A DNA stretch of 64,000 nt. Source: Armatimonadota bacterium. Lineage in GTDB: Bacteria; Armatimonadota; SYMT01. The stretch's first letter is position 1. Each line of letters begins with the position of its first letter. Of the stretch, positions 1 through 9,548 are shown piece by piece. A model generated the notes under the pieces. The model searched no databases. It was given only the letters and a program-made list of their open reading frames with translations, and had not been told where the DNA came from. Both the position numbers and the translations under genes were made by a program. The DNA lies in assembly GCA_046292385.1 (NCBI GenBank), contig JBKBRF010000004.1:32001-96000 (forward strand), written 5' to 3'.

Positions 1-3000
1 GAGCTGATGAACGTGCTCAGCGCCAACTCGTTCCAGAAGGTGCCGATCAAGAGCGTCGACGTGGACGTGGTCTTCGAGGAGAAGCGGCCCACCGCGACGG
101 TGGAGCGGATCTTCCTGCCGCAGGACAAGTTCGAGCCGGGCGACGAGATCGAGGTCGGCGTAGTGCTGCGGCCGTTCCGCAAGGACCCGGTCCTCACCAA
201 GACGAAGATCCGGGTTCCGGAATCGGCCGCCAACGGCCGCGCGCTGCTGATGGTTCACGGCGGCTCCACCCGGGTCAATCTCAGCTCCCTCTCTTCCGGC
301 TCCGCCGGTCCGGGCGGGGTGCCGCAGACCGGCGCGCCGGCCGATGCCACCCTGGGCCAGGTGCTGAAGCGGTTCCAGGAGCGGGAGCGCAACGACCAGC
401 TCATCACGCGGCTCGTCTTCCCCAGCACCTCCGTGGCGATCCAGGGCTCCAAGCTCTCGCAGCTCCCGTCGCCGCTGGTGGAGGTGATGCGAAGCTCCAA
501 GAGCACCGGCTTCCGCTTCGAGCGGGACGATGCCAAGGCGGTGACCGATTCCGAGCTGATCCTCTCCGGGCTTCAGGTGCTGGCGATCGACGTCCAGCGG
601 CCGGACCGCCAGGAGAAGCCGCAGCCCGGCGGCGCCTCCAGCGGCGCCGGTCGCCCCAGCACCACCGGCTCCGCCACGCCGATGCAGCTCAACTCCGGCT
701 TCGGGAATGACGACGAGGAATTCGCAGCCGGCCGCGTGCGCTTCAGCGTGGACGGCCTGCCGCGGGTGGTTCGCCTGACCCCCGAAGAGGACGAGCCGTC
801 CCGCCTGAAGGGCGACGAAAAGGCGCCGCAGAAGGAAGAAAAGAAGCCGGCCCCGGCGAAGAACGGCGCCAAGCAGGATCCGAAGGCCGGTGCCAAGCCG
901 GACGACGCCAAGGCGGCGGACAAGCCGGCGGAGAAGGCGGACGACAAGCCGAACCAGGACCCGCTGGTCGGGCGCCAGGCGAAGCTCTGGAAGCAGAGCA
1001 CGGCCGCCGAGTTCGCCGCCGGAACCTTCAAGAGCACCGGCGTGGCGACGACCGGCGACGTGCGGCTCACCCCCAGCCTCAAGCTGGCCCACGAGTCTCC
1101 GGAGCAGTTCGTGTGGAGCGTGGCCGGCGTCGGAGGCGCGGTCTATGCCGGCACGGGTCACGGCGGCCAGGTGCTGCGCCTGGACCAGAACGGCACGGCC
1201 TCCGTCTTCTTCCGCACCGGCGAGCTGGAAGTCCACTCCCTGGGGAAGGACGCGAAGGGGAACCTCTACGTCGGCACCAGCCCCCGCGGCAAGGTCTTCC
1301 GCGTCTCCCCGGACGGTAAGGGGGAAGAGCTGCTCGATCTCTCGGCCGGCTCCTCGGACGACTCGGCTCGGTTCGTGGTCTCGCTCGCCGTGGCGGCGGA
1401 CGGCACCGTCTACGCCGGCACCGGTCCGGAGGCCGCGATCTACCGCGTGAAGCCCGGCGCGAAGGGCGAGCTGCTCTGCAAGCTCCCCGACCAGACGGTG
1501 ATGAGCCTTCACCTGGGCTCGGACGGCGCTCTCTACGCCGGCACGGCGGAGGACGGCGCGATCTACCGCGTCCGTCTCACCGACGCGAGCGCGCAGCCGG
1601 AGATCCTGTACGACAGCGACGCCAGCGCGATCACCGGGTTGGCACTGGCCCAGGACGGGACGCTCTACGCGGCGGCTTCGCCGAACGGCACGGTCTACAA
1701 GATCACCCCGGACCGCAAGCATTCGGTCCACTTCGCGCACAAGGGCAAGGGCGCGCTCTACGGTCTGCTGGTAGACGGCGGCGGCAACCTGATCACCGCG
1801 ACCGGCGACTCGGTCCTGCGGATCGAGCGGGACGGCACCGCGACCTATCTCGCCGACCCGAAGCGGGCGCAGTTCACCTGTGTCGCGTGGGACGAGGACG
1901 GCCGCATCATCGCCGGTAGCGCCAACGTGGGCAGCATCTACCGCCTGGCGCTCAGCGCCGAGGGCAGCTTCGAGTCGACCGTCCACGATGCCGGCATGCC
2001 GGCCCGCTGGGGCCGGGTGCGCTACTCCGGCATGCTGCCGGACGGCGCGAAGATGCAGGTGGAGACCCGCAGCGGCAACACCCGGGAGCCGGACCGCTCC
2101 TGGAGCGCCTGGCAGCCGCTGGCGTCGCGGGACAGCGGCACCTACGTGGTGAGCCCGGAGGCGCGGTTCCTGCAGTACCGCGTCGTCTTCGAGAGCGCCG
2201 CCGGCTCGCCGTCGCTGCGGGAGATCCAGTTCTCCTACCTGCCGCGGAACCAGGCGCCGAAGGTGACGCTGGCGGCCCCCGCCGCCGGGCAGATCATCCG
2301 CGGCGGCTTCCCGGTCAAGTGGTCCGCCGTCGATCCGGATAAGGACACCCTCACCTACGAGGTCTCCTTCAGCGCGGACCAGGGCAAGACCTGGAAGCCG
2401 GTGGGCGAGACGACTGCCGCGGCCCCGGCCGGCGGTACGCCCGCTCCGCCCTCCGATGACCGCCCCACCCGGGCGGAGGCGCAGGAAGCGCTGAAGCGGT
2501 TCCGCGAGCAGCTCGACAGCGACCAGAGCCTCACTCCGGCCCAGCGGGACGAGAGCTTCAATAAGGCGAAGCAGGTGGTGGAGCAGTATCTGGACGAGAA
2601 TCCGGAGCCGGAGAAGGGCGAGAGCAAGCCGACCCCCGCTCCGGCGGCGGCGGCCTCGCGTCCGGCCGGCACCACCCGCCAGGCGACCCTGACGTGGGAT
2701 ACCAAGTCGGTGCCCGACGGCGTCTATCTGGTCCGCGTCGTAGCCTCGGACAAGGCGAGCAACCCGGGCGAGCCGCTGGCCGACGTGGCGCTCTCCGAGC
2801 CGTTCATCGTCAGCAACACGCCGCCGCAGCTCTTCGTCTTCGAGCGGGGGATCAGCGTGAACGCGCAGAAGGAAGCGGGCGTGGTCGGCTTCGCCTCCGG
2901 GCGTGTCAGCCTCCAGGGCGCCCAGTACCGGGTCGACGGCGGCGACTGGACCGCCATCGAGCCGGACGACGGCATCTGGGACAGCGCCTCGGAGCACTTC

Positions 3001-3108
3001 CGATTCACCGTTCCGGCAGCCGCCGCGGGCGAGTGGACGGTGGAGGTGAAGCTGGTCGACGTGGCCGGCAACTCCAGCACCACCAAGGTGAAGTACAAGG
3101 TCCCGTAA
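1..3108 (+). CDS. Large secreted protein, 5'-truncated: SpoIVB/S55-associated region + low-complexity linker + beta-propeller repeats + C-terminal Ig/Fn3-like domains
   Basis: Frame open from the window edge. N-terminal EPGDEIEVGVVLRPFR segment resembles the region following S55 domains; repeated DGxLYAGT propeller blades; RFLQYRV; Ig-like C-terminus. Confidence 0.65.
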   Translation, partial: ELMNVLSANSFQKVPIKSVDVDVVFEEKRPTATVERIFLPQDKFEPGDEIEVGVVLRPFRKDPVLTKTKIRVPESAANGRALLMVHGGSTRVNLSSLSSGSAGPGGVPQTGAPADATLGQVLKRFQERERNDQLITRLVFPSTSVAIQGSKLSQLPSPLVEVMRSSKSTGFRFERDDAKAVTDSELILSGLQVLAIDVQRPDRQEKPQPGGASSGAGRPSTTGSATPMQLNSGFGNDDEEFAAGRVRFSVDGLPRVVRLTPEEDEPSRLKGDEKAPQKEEKKPAPAKNGAKQDPKAGAKPDDAKAADKPAEKADDKPNQDPLVGRQAKLWKQSTAAEFAAGTFKSTGVATTGDVRLTPSLKLAHESPEQFVWSVAGVGGAVYAGTGHGGQVLRLDQNGTASVFFRTGELEVHSLGKDAKGNLYVGTSPRGKVFRVSPDGKGEELLDLSAGSSDDSARFVVSLAVAADGTVYAGTGPEAAIYRVKPGAKGELLCKLPDQTVMSLHLGSDGALYAGTAEDGAIYRVRLTDASAQPEILYDSDASAITGLALAQDGTLYAAASPNGTVYKITPDRKHSVHFAHKGKGALYGLLVDGGGNLITATGDSVLRIERDGTATYLADPKRAQFTCVAWDEDGRIIAGSANVGSIYRLALSAEGSFESTVHDAGMPARWGRVRYSGMLPDGAKMQVETRSGNTREPDRSWSAWQPLASRDSGTYVVSPEARFLQYRVVFESAAGSPSLREIQFSYLPRNQAPKVTLAAPAAGQIIRGGFPVKWSAVDPDKDTLTYEVSFSADQGKTWKPVGETTAAAPAGGTPAPPSDDRPTRAEAQEALKRFREQLDSDQSLTPAQRDESFNKAKQVVEQYLDENPEPEKGESKPTPAPAAAASRPAGTTRQATLTWDTKSVPDGVYLVRVVASDKASNPGEPLADVALSEPFIVSNTPPQLFVFERGISVNAQKEAGVVGFASGRVSLQGAQYRVDGGDWTAIEPDDGIWDSASEHFRFTVPAAAAGEWTVEVKLVDVAGNSSTTKVKYKVP

Positions 3109-3263
3109 GCGTAGGTGGGCAGGCTTCCGGTTAGCTCTCGCAGGGCAGAAAGCTCCAGAGCGCCGGAGCCAGACCCCGGAAACCTGCGGGTGCCGCCCGC
3201 ATCGGATAGAACGCAGACGGAGCTCCGGCTCCGTCTGCCTCGTTTTCTGCCCAGGACTTCCCC

Positions 3264-4334
3264 ATGCTGCAGTCGATCCTGCCGCTGCTCTCCTGCCCCG
3301 CCCGCTCCGTGCCGGCCCGTCCGTGCGGCGGCACGCTGCTGGTTCAGGACTCCCCCGCGCTGCCGCTCCGATTCGATCCCGCGCTCCGCGATGACCTGCT
3401 GGAGGGACTGCTCCGCTGCGTCTCCTGCGGCAAGGACTACCCGGTGCTCTCCGGCGTGGCGGTGCTCCATCCGGATCCGGACGACTATCTCCGCCGCTAT
3501 GGGCGCGCGGTGCTCCGGGATCTCGACCGGCACGGCTCAGCCCCCCCGGAAGTCCGGCGGTGGCTGGTGCGGCGGACCGGCCGAGAGGCGGAGCAGGACG
3601 ACTACGGCGCCGACTTCCGCTACTCGCAGCAATTCGAAGGTCCGTACGCGGTCGCCGGCGCGATGCTGGAGCAGCCGGAGGCGCTGTATGGGCCTTACGC
3701 GGAGTGGCTGCGGCAGATCGAGGGGCAGGGCCCCTACGACGTGCTGGCGGGCTGGGGCAGGGAGGCGGCCCGCCGCGGGTTCCTGCTGGACGCGGGCTGC
3801 GGGGGTGGGGGACTGCTGGTGCGGGCGGCAGAGGCGTACCAGGCGGCGTTCGGGGTCGATCTCTCCTTCCTCGCCATCCTGCTTGCCCGGCGCGCGCTGC
3901 TCCACCGGCCGGAGGCGGAGCGCTCCTACCTGCTGGTCACCCGGCGCGGCGAAGAGCGCGAGCGACCCCTCTCGGTTCCGCGCCTGCGGAACACCGAGTT
4001 GGTGGTCGGCGACGCGGCGGCGGTCCCGTTCGCACCCGGCCTGTTCGACACCGTTTGCAGCTGCAACGTGATCGACATCGCCGGCATCGAGGGTCCGCTC
4101 TCGGAGGCGGCGCGGGTGCTGGGAAAGGGCGGCTCGCTGCTGCTGTCGGACCCGTTCTTCTTCCGGGACGGCGAGGCACCGCCCCGAGACCCGAAGGAGG
4201 CGCTGCATCGGGCTCTGCGGGCGCGGGGGCTGCAGATACAGCGCGAGCGAGACGCGGTACCATGGGCATGGGCTACCTACGACCGGCACTGGCACGTCTA
4301 CTTCAACTACTGTGTCGCGGCGGTCAAGGAATAG
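3264..4334 (+). CDS. Class I SAM-dependent methyltransferase with N-terminal Trm112-like domain
   Basis: LLSCP...LRCVSCGKDYPVLSGVAVL (Trm112-like); LLDAGCGGG, GVDLS, VVGDA..VPF..GLFD motifs. Confidence 0.8.
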   Translation: MLQSILPLLSCPARSVPARPCGGTLLVQDSPALPLRFDPALRDDLLEGLLRCVSCGKDYPVLSGVAVLHPDPDDYLRRYGRAVLRDLDRHGSAPPEVRRWLVRRTGREAEQDDYGADFRYSQQFEGPYAVAGAMLEQPEALYGPYAEWLRQIEGQGPYDVLAGWGREAARRGFLLDAGCGGGGLLVRAAEAYQAAFGVDLSFLAILLARRALLHRPEAERSYLLVTRRGEERERPLSVPRLRNTELVVGDAAAVPFAPGLFDTVCSCNVIDIAGIEGPLSEAARVLGKGGSLLLSDPFFFRDGEAPPRDPKEALHRALRARGLQIQRERDAVPWAWATYDRHWHVYFNYCVAAVKE

Positions 4335-4385
4335 ACATCCACCCGGACGCGCCGGTAAAGAGTCCGCGGATGGGGAGGAGGCCGG

Positions 4386-5411
4386 ATGAGCGGATCGACA
4401 CGACTGATAGCCGTAGTGGGCGGGATCGCCGCGGGGGCGGTCGCCGGAACGGTGGCCCTCTTGCTGCTGATGCCGGCGGTACGGCCATCGGGGGACGGCA
4501 CCCGGCCCGCGCCGCCGGCAGTAACCCCTCCGGCAGCCAATGCTTCGGGGGTGCCCGCCGTCGGATCGGAGCCGGTCCAGGCGAATGGCCCCGCCGCACT
4601 GGCTCCGGCGGCGTCTGCCGTCGATCCCGCGGCCCTTCAGCGGCTCCTGGAGAGCTCCGCGGAGGAGCTCCCCGGGAAGGTGGCGATCCACGTCCGGATT
4701 GACGGCGGCCCGGAAGCCGGGGTGCTGGCGAACGAGCAGATGCGGGCCGCCAGCGTGATCAAGCTGCCGCTCCTGGCGGTACTCTTCGCCGCCTGGGAGA
4801 GCGGGCTGGTGAAGCGGACCTCCGCGGACCTGGAGCGCGCCCGCAAAATGATCACCCAGAGCGCCAATCCGGAGGCGGACGCGCTGATCCGCCGCCTGGG
4901 AATGGACAGGGTGAACGACTGGCTGGATAACCACGGCTACACCGGCACGGAGCTCCGCCACCTGCTGCTGGGTGAGCGTCCCCGGGGCGAGAACGTGGTG
5001 AGCGCTGCCGAGATGACCCGGATGCTGCTCGAGATCGGCCGGGGAGAGCTGGTGAGCCCGGCCGCCAGTGCGGAGATGCGACAGATTCTGCAGGCGCAGA
5101 CGCGGCGTACCCGCATTCCGGCCGGTCTTCCGGAGGAGGCAGTGGTCGGCAACAAGACCGGCACGCTGAATGGGGTGGTGAACGACGTGGCGTTGGTGGA
5201 GGCGCCGGGACTGCCGCGCTACGCCATCGCCGTCCTGAACGAAGGCGGGAGCGACGTGGCGACCTCCCGGCGGATCGCCGAGCTGAGCCGGAAGGTCTAC
5301 CAGCTGCTGCGGAGCAGCGCGGCTCCGGAGTCCGCTTCCGGGAATGGGCCGTCGTCCGCCGCTCCGGAGAGCGGCTCCGGCACCGCGCCGCCCGCCGGCA
5401 ATCGGCCCTGA
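4386..5411 (+). CDS. Membrane-anchored serine hydrolase, class A beta-lactamase-like/PBP-A family
   Basis: N-terminal TM segment; AASVIK (SxxK), SAN (SxN), NKTG motifs. Confidence 0.85.
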   Translation: MSGSTRLIAVVGGIAAGAVAGTVALLLLMPAVRPSGDGTRPAPPAVTPPAANASGVPAVGSEPVQANGPAALAPAASAVDPAALQRLLESSAEELPGKVAIHVRIDGGPEAGVLANEQMRAASVIKLPLLAVLFAAWESGLVKRTSADLERARKMITQSANPEADALIRRLGMDRVNDWLDNHGYTGTELRHLLLGERPRGENVVSAAEMTRMLLEIGRGELVSPAASAEMRQILQAQTRRTRIPAGLPEEAVVGNKTGTLNGVVNDVALVEAPGLPRYAIAVLNEGGSDVATSRRIAELSRKVYQLLRSSAAPESASGNGPSSAAPESGSGTAPPAGNRP

Positions 5412-5597
5412 TGTCCGCCAACCGATCGAGCTACTCGCGCATTCCAGAAGTATCACCGCCGGGATCGGCCGCTCCGGCTCCGGAGCGGTCCCGGTGAGCC
5501 AGGAGGGCGCGAGATGAAGACGTTGAATCTGGACCGCGAGACGGCGTCGGGCGGCACACCATTGGCGAACGCGCCGGCGATGAAGAGAGGCTTTGAG

Positions 5598-6107
5598 ATG
5601 AACGGCAGGCTGGTCGCGGTGGGACTCGCCCTCGTCCTGGTGGCGGGCGGCGGCTTCGCGCTCTGGCGCTCGGTGGAGGCCCAGCGCCCGAAAGGCTCCG
5701 ACGCGGAGCAGATCCGGGCGATGCTGGCCGAGGGGGAGCGCGCCACGGAGCGCCTCGACGCAGCCGGACTCGGGCGCTTCATCTCGGACGATTACCGGGA
5801 CAACCTCGGCCTCTCCGACACGAGCGTGAAGTACCAGATCCGCCGCTACTTCCGGGAGCACGACGCGATCGAGGTGGAGATCCCGGAGCAGTCGATCGAG
5901 GTGAACGTCTCGCCGAACAGCGACACCGGCTCGGTCTCGTTCCTGGCGCGGGTGGGAGTGGCTACGGACGCGAAGACCGCGACGTACGACCTGCCGATGA
6001 CGCTGCAGGTCAAGAAGGAGCCGGTGCACTACTACTGGCTCTTCCCCGGCGAAGAGTGGAAGGTGACCTCCGCCGAGGGGTACGGAGCCCTGGAAGGCTA
6101 CCAGTAG
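5598..6107 (+). CDS. Hypothetical membrane-anchored protein, probable NTF2-like fold
   Basis: TM helix, then a DAEQIRAML...ISDDY...WKVTSAE pattern. Start chosen at the ATG after a GAGAGG RBS; ORF extends to 5514. Confidence 0.6.
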   Translation: MNGRLVAVGLALVLVAGGGFALWRSVEAQRPKGSDAEQIRAMLAEGERATERLDAAGLGRFISDDYRDNLGLSDTSVKYQIRRYFREHDAIEVEIPEQSIEVNVSPNSDTGSVSFLARVGVATDAKTATYDLPMTLQVKKEPVHYYWLFPGEEWKVTSAEGYGALEGYQ

Positions 6108-6229
6108 CTTCGGCCGCTGCCTGCCTACGCAAATGGCCGACGGGATGATTGCCAGCTAAAAGGAGAAGCGAGCGAGCGTGTGGAACTCCGAATGGTAGTC
6201 TTTACTACACCACTATCGGATACACCCCA

Positions 6230-9200
6230 GTGCTGCCTCGCCACCTGCCAGCCCTCATCGCCGTCGGCTCCCTCCTCTGTCTCCAGGCATGCGCCAGCTT
6301 CTCGGCCGAAGCCGGCTTCTCCCGGGATCACCGGACGGCGCTCCACCCGCAGCTCACCGACCTTCCGCTCTACTTCGAGCCGTCGGCAATCGAGCCCAGC
6401 CATCCGGAGGGAATGCCCTCCGACCGCTTTCACTGCCGCGGAGACGGATACTCACTGACGCTCTCTGCCACCGAAACGCGGGTTACGCTGGCGTCGCGCG
6501 GAGCGCAGCGTAGCGGAGGAGCGTCCCCCCGGCCCGACGGCGGGCCTGTGCGTGACCTGAACGCCGGAAGCGAGGAGGCGCCGGTGACACTCCGCACGCG
6601 CCTGCTCGGCGGGTCGACCCGCGCCAGGCTCCAGGGCCTGGATGAGCAGCCGGGGAAGGTCCATTACCTTCTGGGAAGCTCGCCGGAGCGGTGGCGGCGA
6701 GAGGTGCCCACCTATCGGAAGGTGCGGGCACTGGAGGTGTATCCCGGGATTGACGTCGTCTACTACGGGCGCCAGGGGCAGCTCGAGTACGACTTCGTCC
6801 TGGCTCCCGGAGCCTCGTCCGACAGGATCCGGATGGAGCTGTCCGGCGCCGATCAGGTGTCGATCGACCGGGATGGAAACCTGCTCCTGAAGACCGCCGT
6901 GGGGACGGTGACGCAGCGCCGGCCTGAGCTCTACCAGGTAGTGGACGGCCAGAGACGCGGCGTGGAAGGCTCTTTCGCCATTCTGGACACCACGCCCGGC
7001 GCCGCGGATGAACTCGACAGTGCCCCGGTCCGGGATGGCGCGGTCGTGGTCGGCTTCCAGGTGGGATCTTACGATCGACGTCTGCCGCTGACCATCGATC
7101 CGGTGCTTTCGTACGCCAGCTACCTCGGCGGAAGCGGTGAAGACACTGCCGTCGAGTCCCCCGGGATCGCGGTCGACGCGGAAGGCTACGTGTACGTGAC
7201 CGGCCTGACCACCTCTTCGGACTTCCCGATTGCCAACGCGTACCAGTCCGGGAACCGCGGCGGGAGCTTCAGTGGTCGCGATGCATTCCTCACGAAGCTG
7301 ACTCCGGACGGGTCGGAGCTCGTCTACTCGACCTACTTCGGCGGGAGCGGGGACGAGTGGCGCATGAACCTGGCGCTTACCTCTTCCGGTGAACCGGTGC
7401 TCTTCGGGAGTACCACCTCTTCGGATCTTCCGACCACGGCCGGGGCACTGAAGAGAACGGTCACCGGCACCTACGACGTCTTCGTCGCGCAGTTCAACGC
7501 CTCTGGATCCAACCTGGTGTTTTCGACACTCCTCGGAGGCTCAGCGCGCGAGTGGTCTTCTGATGTGGCGGTGGATGGCGACGGCTCTGCGTACGTGACC
7601 GGACTTACCGAGTCCGCCGACTACCACACGACACCCGGAGCCTTTCAAACTTCGAGCCGGAGCTCCAGCTTCGACATCTTCGTGACCAAGCTAACTCCAG
7701 GGGGAAGCCTCGACTATTCCACTTATCTTGGGGGGTTCGACTACGATCACCCTGCGGATATCGCGGTCACCAGCTCCGGTGAGGCGATCGTGTGCGGCTT
7801 GACCTGCAGCGCGGACTTCCCTCTTAAGAGCCCGATCCAGGATACGTTCCAGGGAGGCGTCGTCGTGCGATCCGACGGGTTTATCACTCGCCTCAACTCG
7901 TCCGGCAGCGCCCTCGTCGCCTCCACCTACCTCGGTGGTTCCGCGGACGAAAGCGTTAGCGCTGTCACGTGGGACGCGAGCGGAAACATCTACGCCGCGG
8001 GCAATACTTCGTCTCCCAACTTTCCCACTACGGCCGGTGCCTTCAGCCGGGTGAGGAGCGGCTGGGCCGACGGCTTTCTGGTCAAGCTAGGCTCGGGTGG
8101 TACCGTGTTGGAGTACTCCACTCTCGTCGGGGGATTCGGGTGGGATGGGATCTTCAACCTGGCCGTAGACGGACAGGGCAACGCCTGGGCGGTAGGCAGG
8201 ACAGACTCCCCCAACTTCCCGATGGTCAGCCCCACGCAGCCCAGGCTGGGCGGCGGGGAAGACGGGTGCGTCCTGCATCTGAACGCCACAGGCAGTGCGC
8301 TCTTGTTTTCCTCTTACCTGGGCGGAAGTGGCAACGACGTGGTGGTAGATCTGACGCGAGGCTTGGACGACGACATCTGGGTCGTTGGCTCTACGGAGTC
8401 CCTGGACCTTCCTACGGTCGCCGCGTTCCAGCCTGCGTATGGGGGAGGCACCCTGGACCTCCTCGTGGCCCGGTTCGGACCATCCGCACCGGAGGCTCCT
8501 TCGGGTCTGGCGGCACTCGCTATCACCTCCACCTCGGTGGAGCTCACCTGGAACGACAATTCGGACAGGGAGAGCGGATTCCGCGTGGAGCGCAGGGGCC
8601 ATAGCCAGGCGGAGTTCCAGCTCGTTGGCGAAGCCGGTGCAGGAGTTAACCACTACACCGACGGGGGCGTTTCACCAGGCGAGACCTACATCTATCGCGT
8701 GCAGGCCTGGAACGGCTCCGGAGCTTCGGCATACAGTGAAGAACTGCCGGTGACCACCCTTGCGCCGCCGACCTTCAGCATCTCGGGGCGAATCACGGAG
8801 GACGGCGCCGGAGTGGCCGGCGTGTCCGTGAGTGCGGGTGGGCGTTCGGTGCTCGTCGACTCGGCGGGTACGTACACTCTTGCCGGACTACCGGCCGGGA
8901 CCTACGAGGTGATTCCGGAAAAGCGCGGCTTGGTTTTCGATCCGCCGCAGCGTACCGTTACCCTCGGTCCCAACGGAAGCGACGTGGATTTCACCGCAAG
9001 CTCGGGACCCTTTCTGCAGTCGATCAAGCTGAGCGCCGACCGCGTGCGCTCCCGCGGCAAAGTGCGCGGCACCCTCAAGCTGAACCGGCCGGCGACGGGG
9101 AACGTGAGGATCACGCTCGTGAGCGATACCCCTTCCGCGGCCCCTGCGCCGCGATCGGTCGTCCGCGTTCGCAAAGGGAGCCGGACCGGCACGTTCGTGA

Positions 9201-9295
9201 TCCGTGCACGACGGGTGGAATCCCCGATCGCAGTGACGTTCACGGCCGCTTATGGCGGAGCTAGCCGGCAGGCGGTGCTCACGGTGAAGCCGTAG
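6230..9295 (+). CDS. Secreted SBBP (beta-propeller) repeat protein with Fn3, carboxypeptidase-regulatory-like and C-terminal Ig-like domains
   Basis: VYPGIDVVYYG/LEYDFVLAPGA N-domain; repeated YSTYLGGSG.D...IAVD..G..YVTG.T.S.DFP; APSGL...LTWNDNS...Y.YRVQAWN (Fn3). Start uncertain (6149-6230). Confidence 0.85.
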   Translation: MLPRHLPALIAVGSLLCLQACASFSAEAGFSRDHRTALHPQLTDLPLYFEPSAIEPSHPEGMPSDRFHCRGDGYSLTLSATETRVTLASRGAQRSGGASPRPDGGPVRDLNAGSEEAPVTLRTRLLGGSTRARLQGLDEQPGKVHYLLGSSPERWRREVPTYRKVRALEVYPGIDVVYYGRQGQLEYDFVLAPGASSDRIRMELSGADQVSIDRDGNLLLKTAVGTVTQRRPELYQVVDGQRRGVEGSFAILDTTPGAADELDSAPVRDGAVVVGFQVGSYDRRLPLTIDPVLSYASYLGGSGEDTAVESPGIAVDAEGYVYVTGLTTSSDFPIANAYQSGNRGGSFSGRDAFLTKLTPDGSELVYSTYFGGSGDEWRMNLALTSSGEPVLFGSTTSSDLPTTAGALKRTVTGTYDVFVAQFNASGSNLVFSTLLGGSAREWSSDVAVDGDGSAYVTGLTESADYHTTPGAFQTSSRSSSFDIFVTKLTPGGSLDYSTYLGGFDYDHPADIAVTSSGEAIVCGLTCSADFPLKSPIQDTFQGGVVVRSDGFITRLNSSGSALVASTYLGGSADESVSAVTWDASGNIYAAGNTSSPNFPTTAGAFSRVRSGWADGFLVKLGSGGTVLEYSTLVGGFGWDGIFNLAVDGQGNAWAVGRTDSPNFPMVSPTQPRLGGGEDGCVLHLNATGSALLFSSYLGGSGNDVVVDLTRGLDDDIWVVGSTESLDLPTVAAFQPAYGGGTLDLLVARFGPSAPEAPSGLAALAITSTSVELTWNDNSDRESGFRVERRGHSQAEFQLVGEAGAGVNHYTDGGVSPGETYIYRVQAWNGSGASAYSEELPVTTLAPPTFSISGRITEDGAGVAGVSVSAGGRSVLVDSAGTYTLAGLPAGTYEVIPEKRGLVFDPPQRTVTLGPNGSDVDFTASSGPFLQSIKLSADRVRSRGKVRGTLKLNRPATGNVRITLVSDTPSAAPAPRSVVRVRKGSRTGTFVIRARRVESPIAVTFTAAYGGASRQAVLTVKP

Positions 9296-9488
9296 ATCGG
9301 CGCTGTGCCGCCGCGATGCCGGCGTGAACGGCGTCTGCACCCGGTACAGACAGGCGGATCTCGACTTCACGCGCTGTGGACGGGGTTCGCTGCCGCACCG
9401 GAGCTGCTGGTGAGGGCGTGGGGAACCAGCCCGGAGCGTCTCGGACAGCAGCTCTGGCGCAGCTTCCGGGGACTTGCCCCCTATAAAC

Positions 9489-9528
9489 GCAGCACGGCCC
9501 GCCGGGTGAACCCGGCGGGCCGTGCTGC
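9489..9528. terminator. Perfect 18-bp hairpin between convergent genes (terminator or REP-like)
   Basis: GCAGCACGGCCCGCCGGG-TGAA-CCCGGCGGGCCGTGCTGC, followed by GTTTAT on the minus strand just after the amidase stop. Confidence 0.7.
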
Positions 9529-9548
9529 TCAGGAGCGGTGCGAGGCGA

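Noticed and set aside
4386..5411. Antibiotic-resistance beta-lactamase
   Set aside because: Membrane-anchored, SAN instead of SDN, and no clear ExxLN omega-loop motif; more likely a PBP-A-like hydrolase.
3537..6029. Long antisense ORFs (this 830-aa one, also 32704-35262, 45751-47778, 61115-63337 and others)
   Set aside because: Shadow frames of well-supported genes in high-GC DNA, with no motifs.
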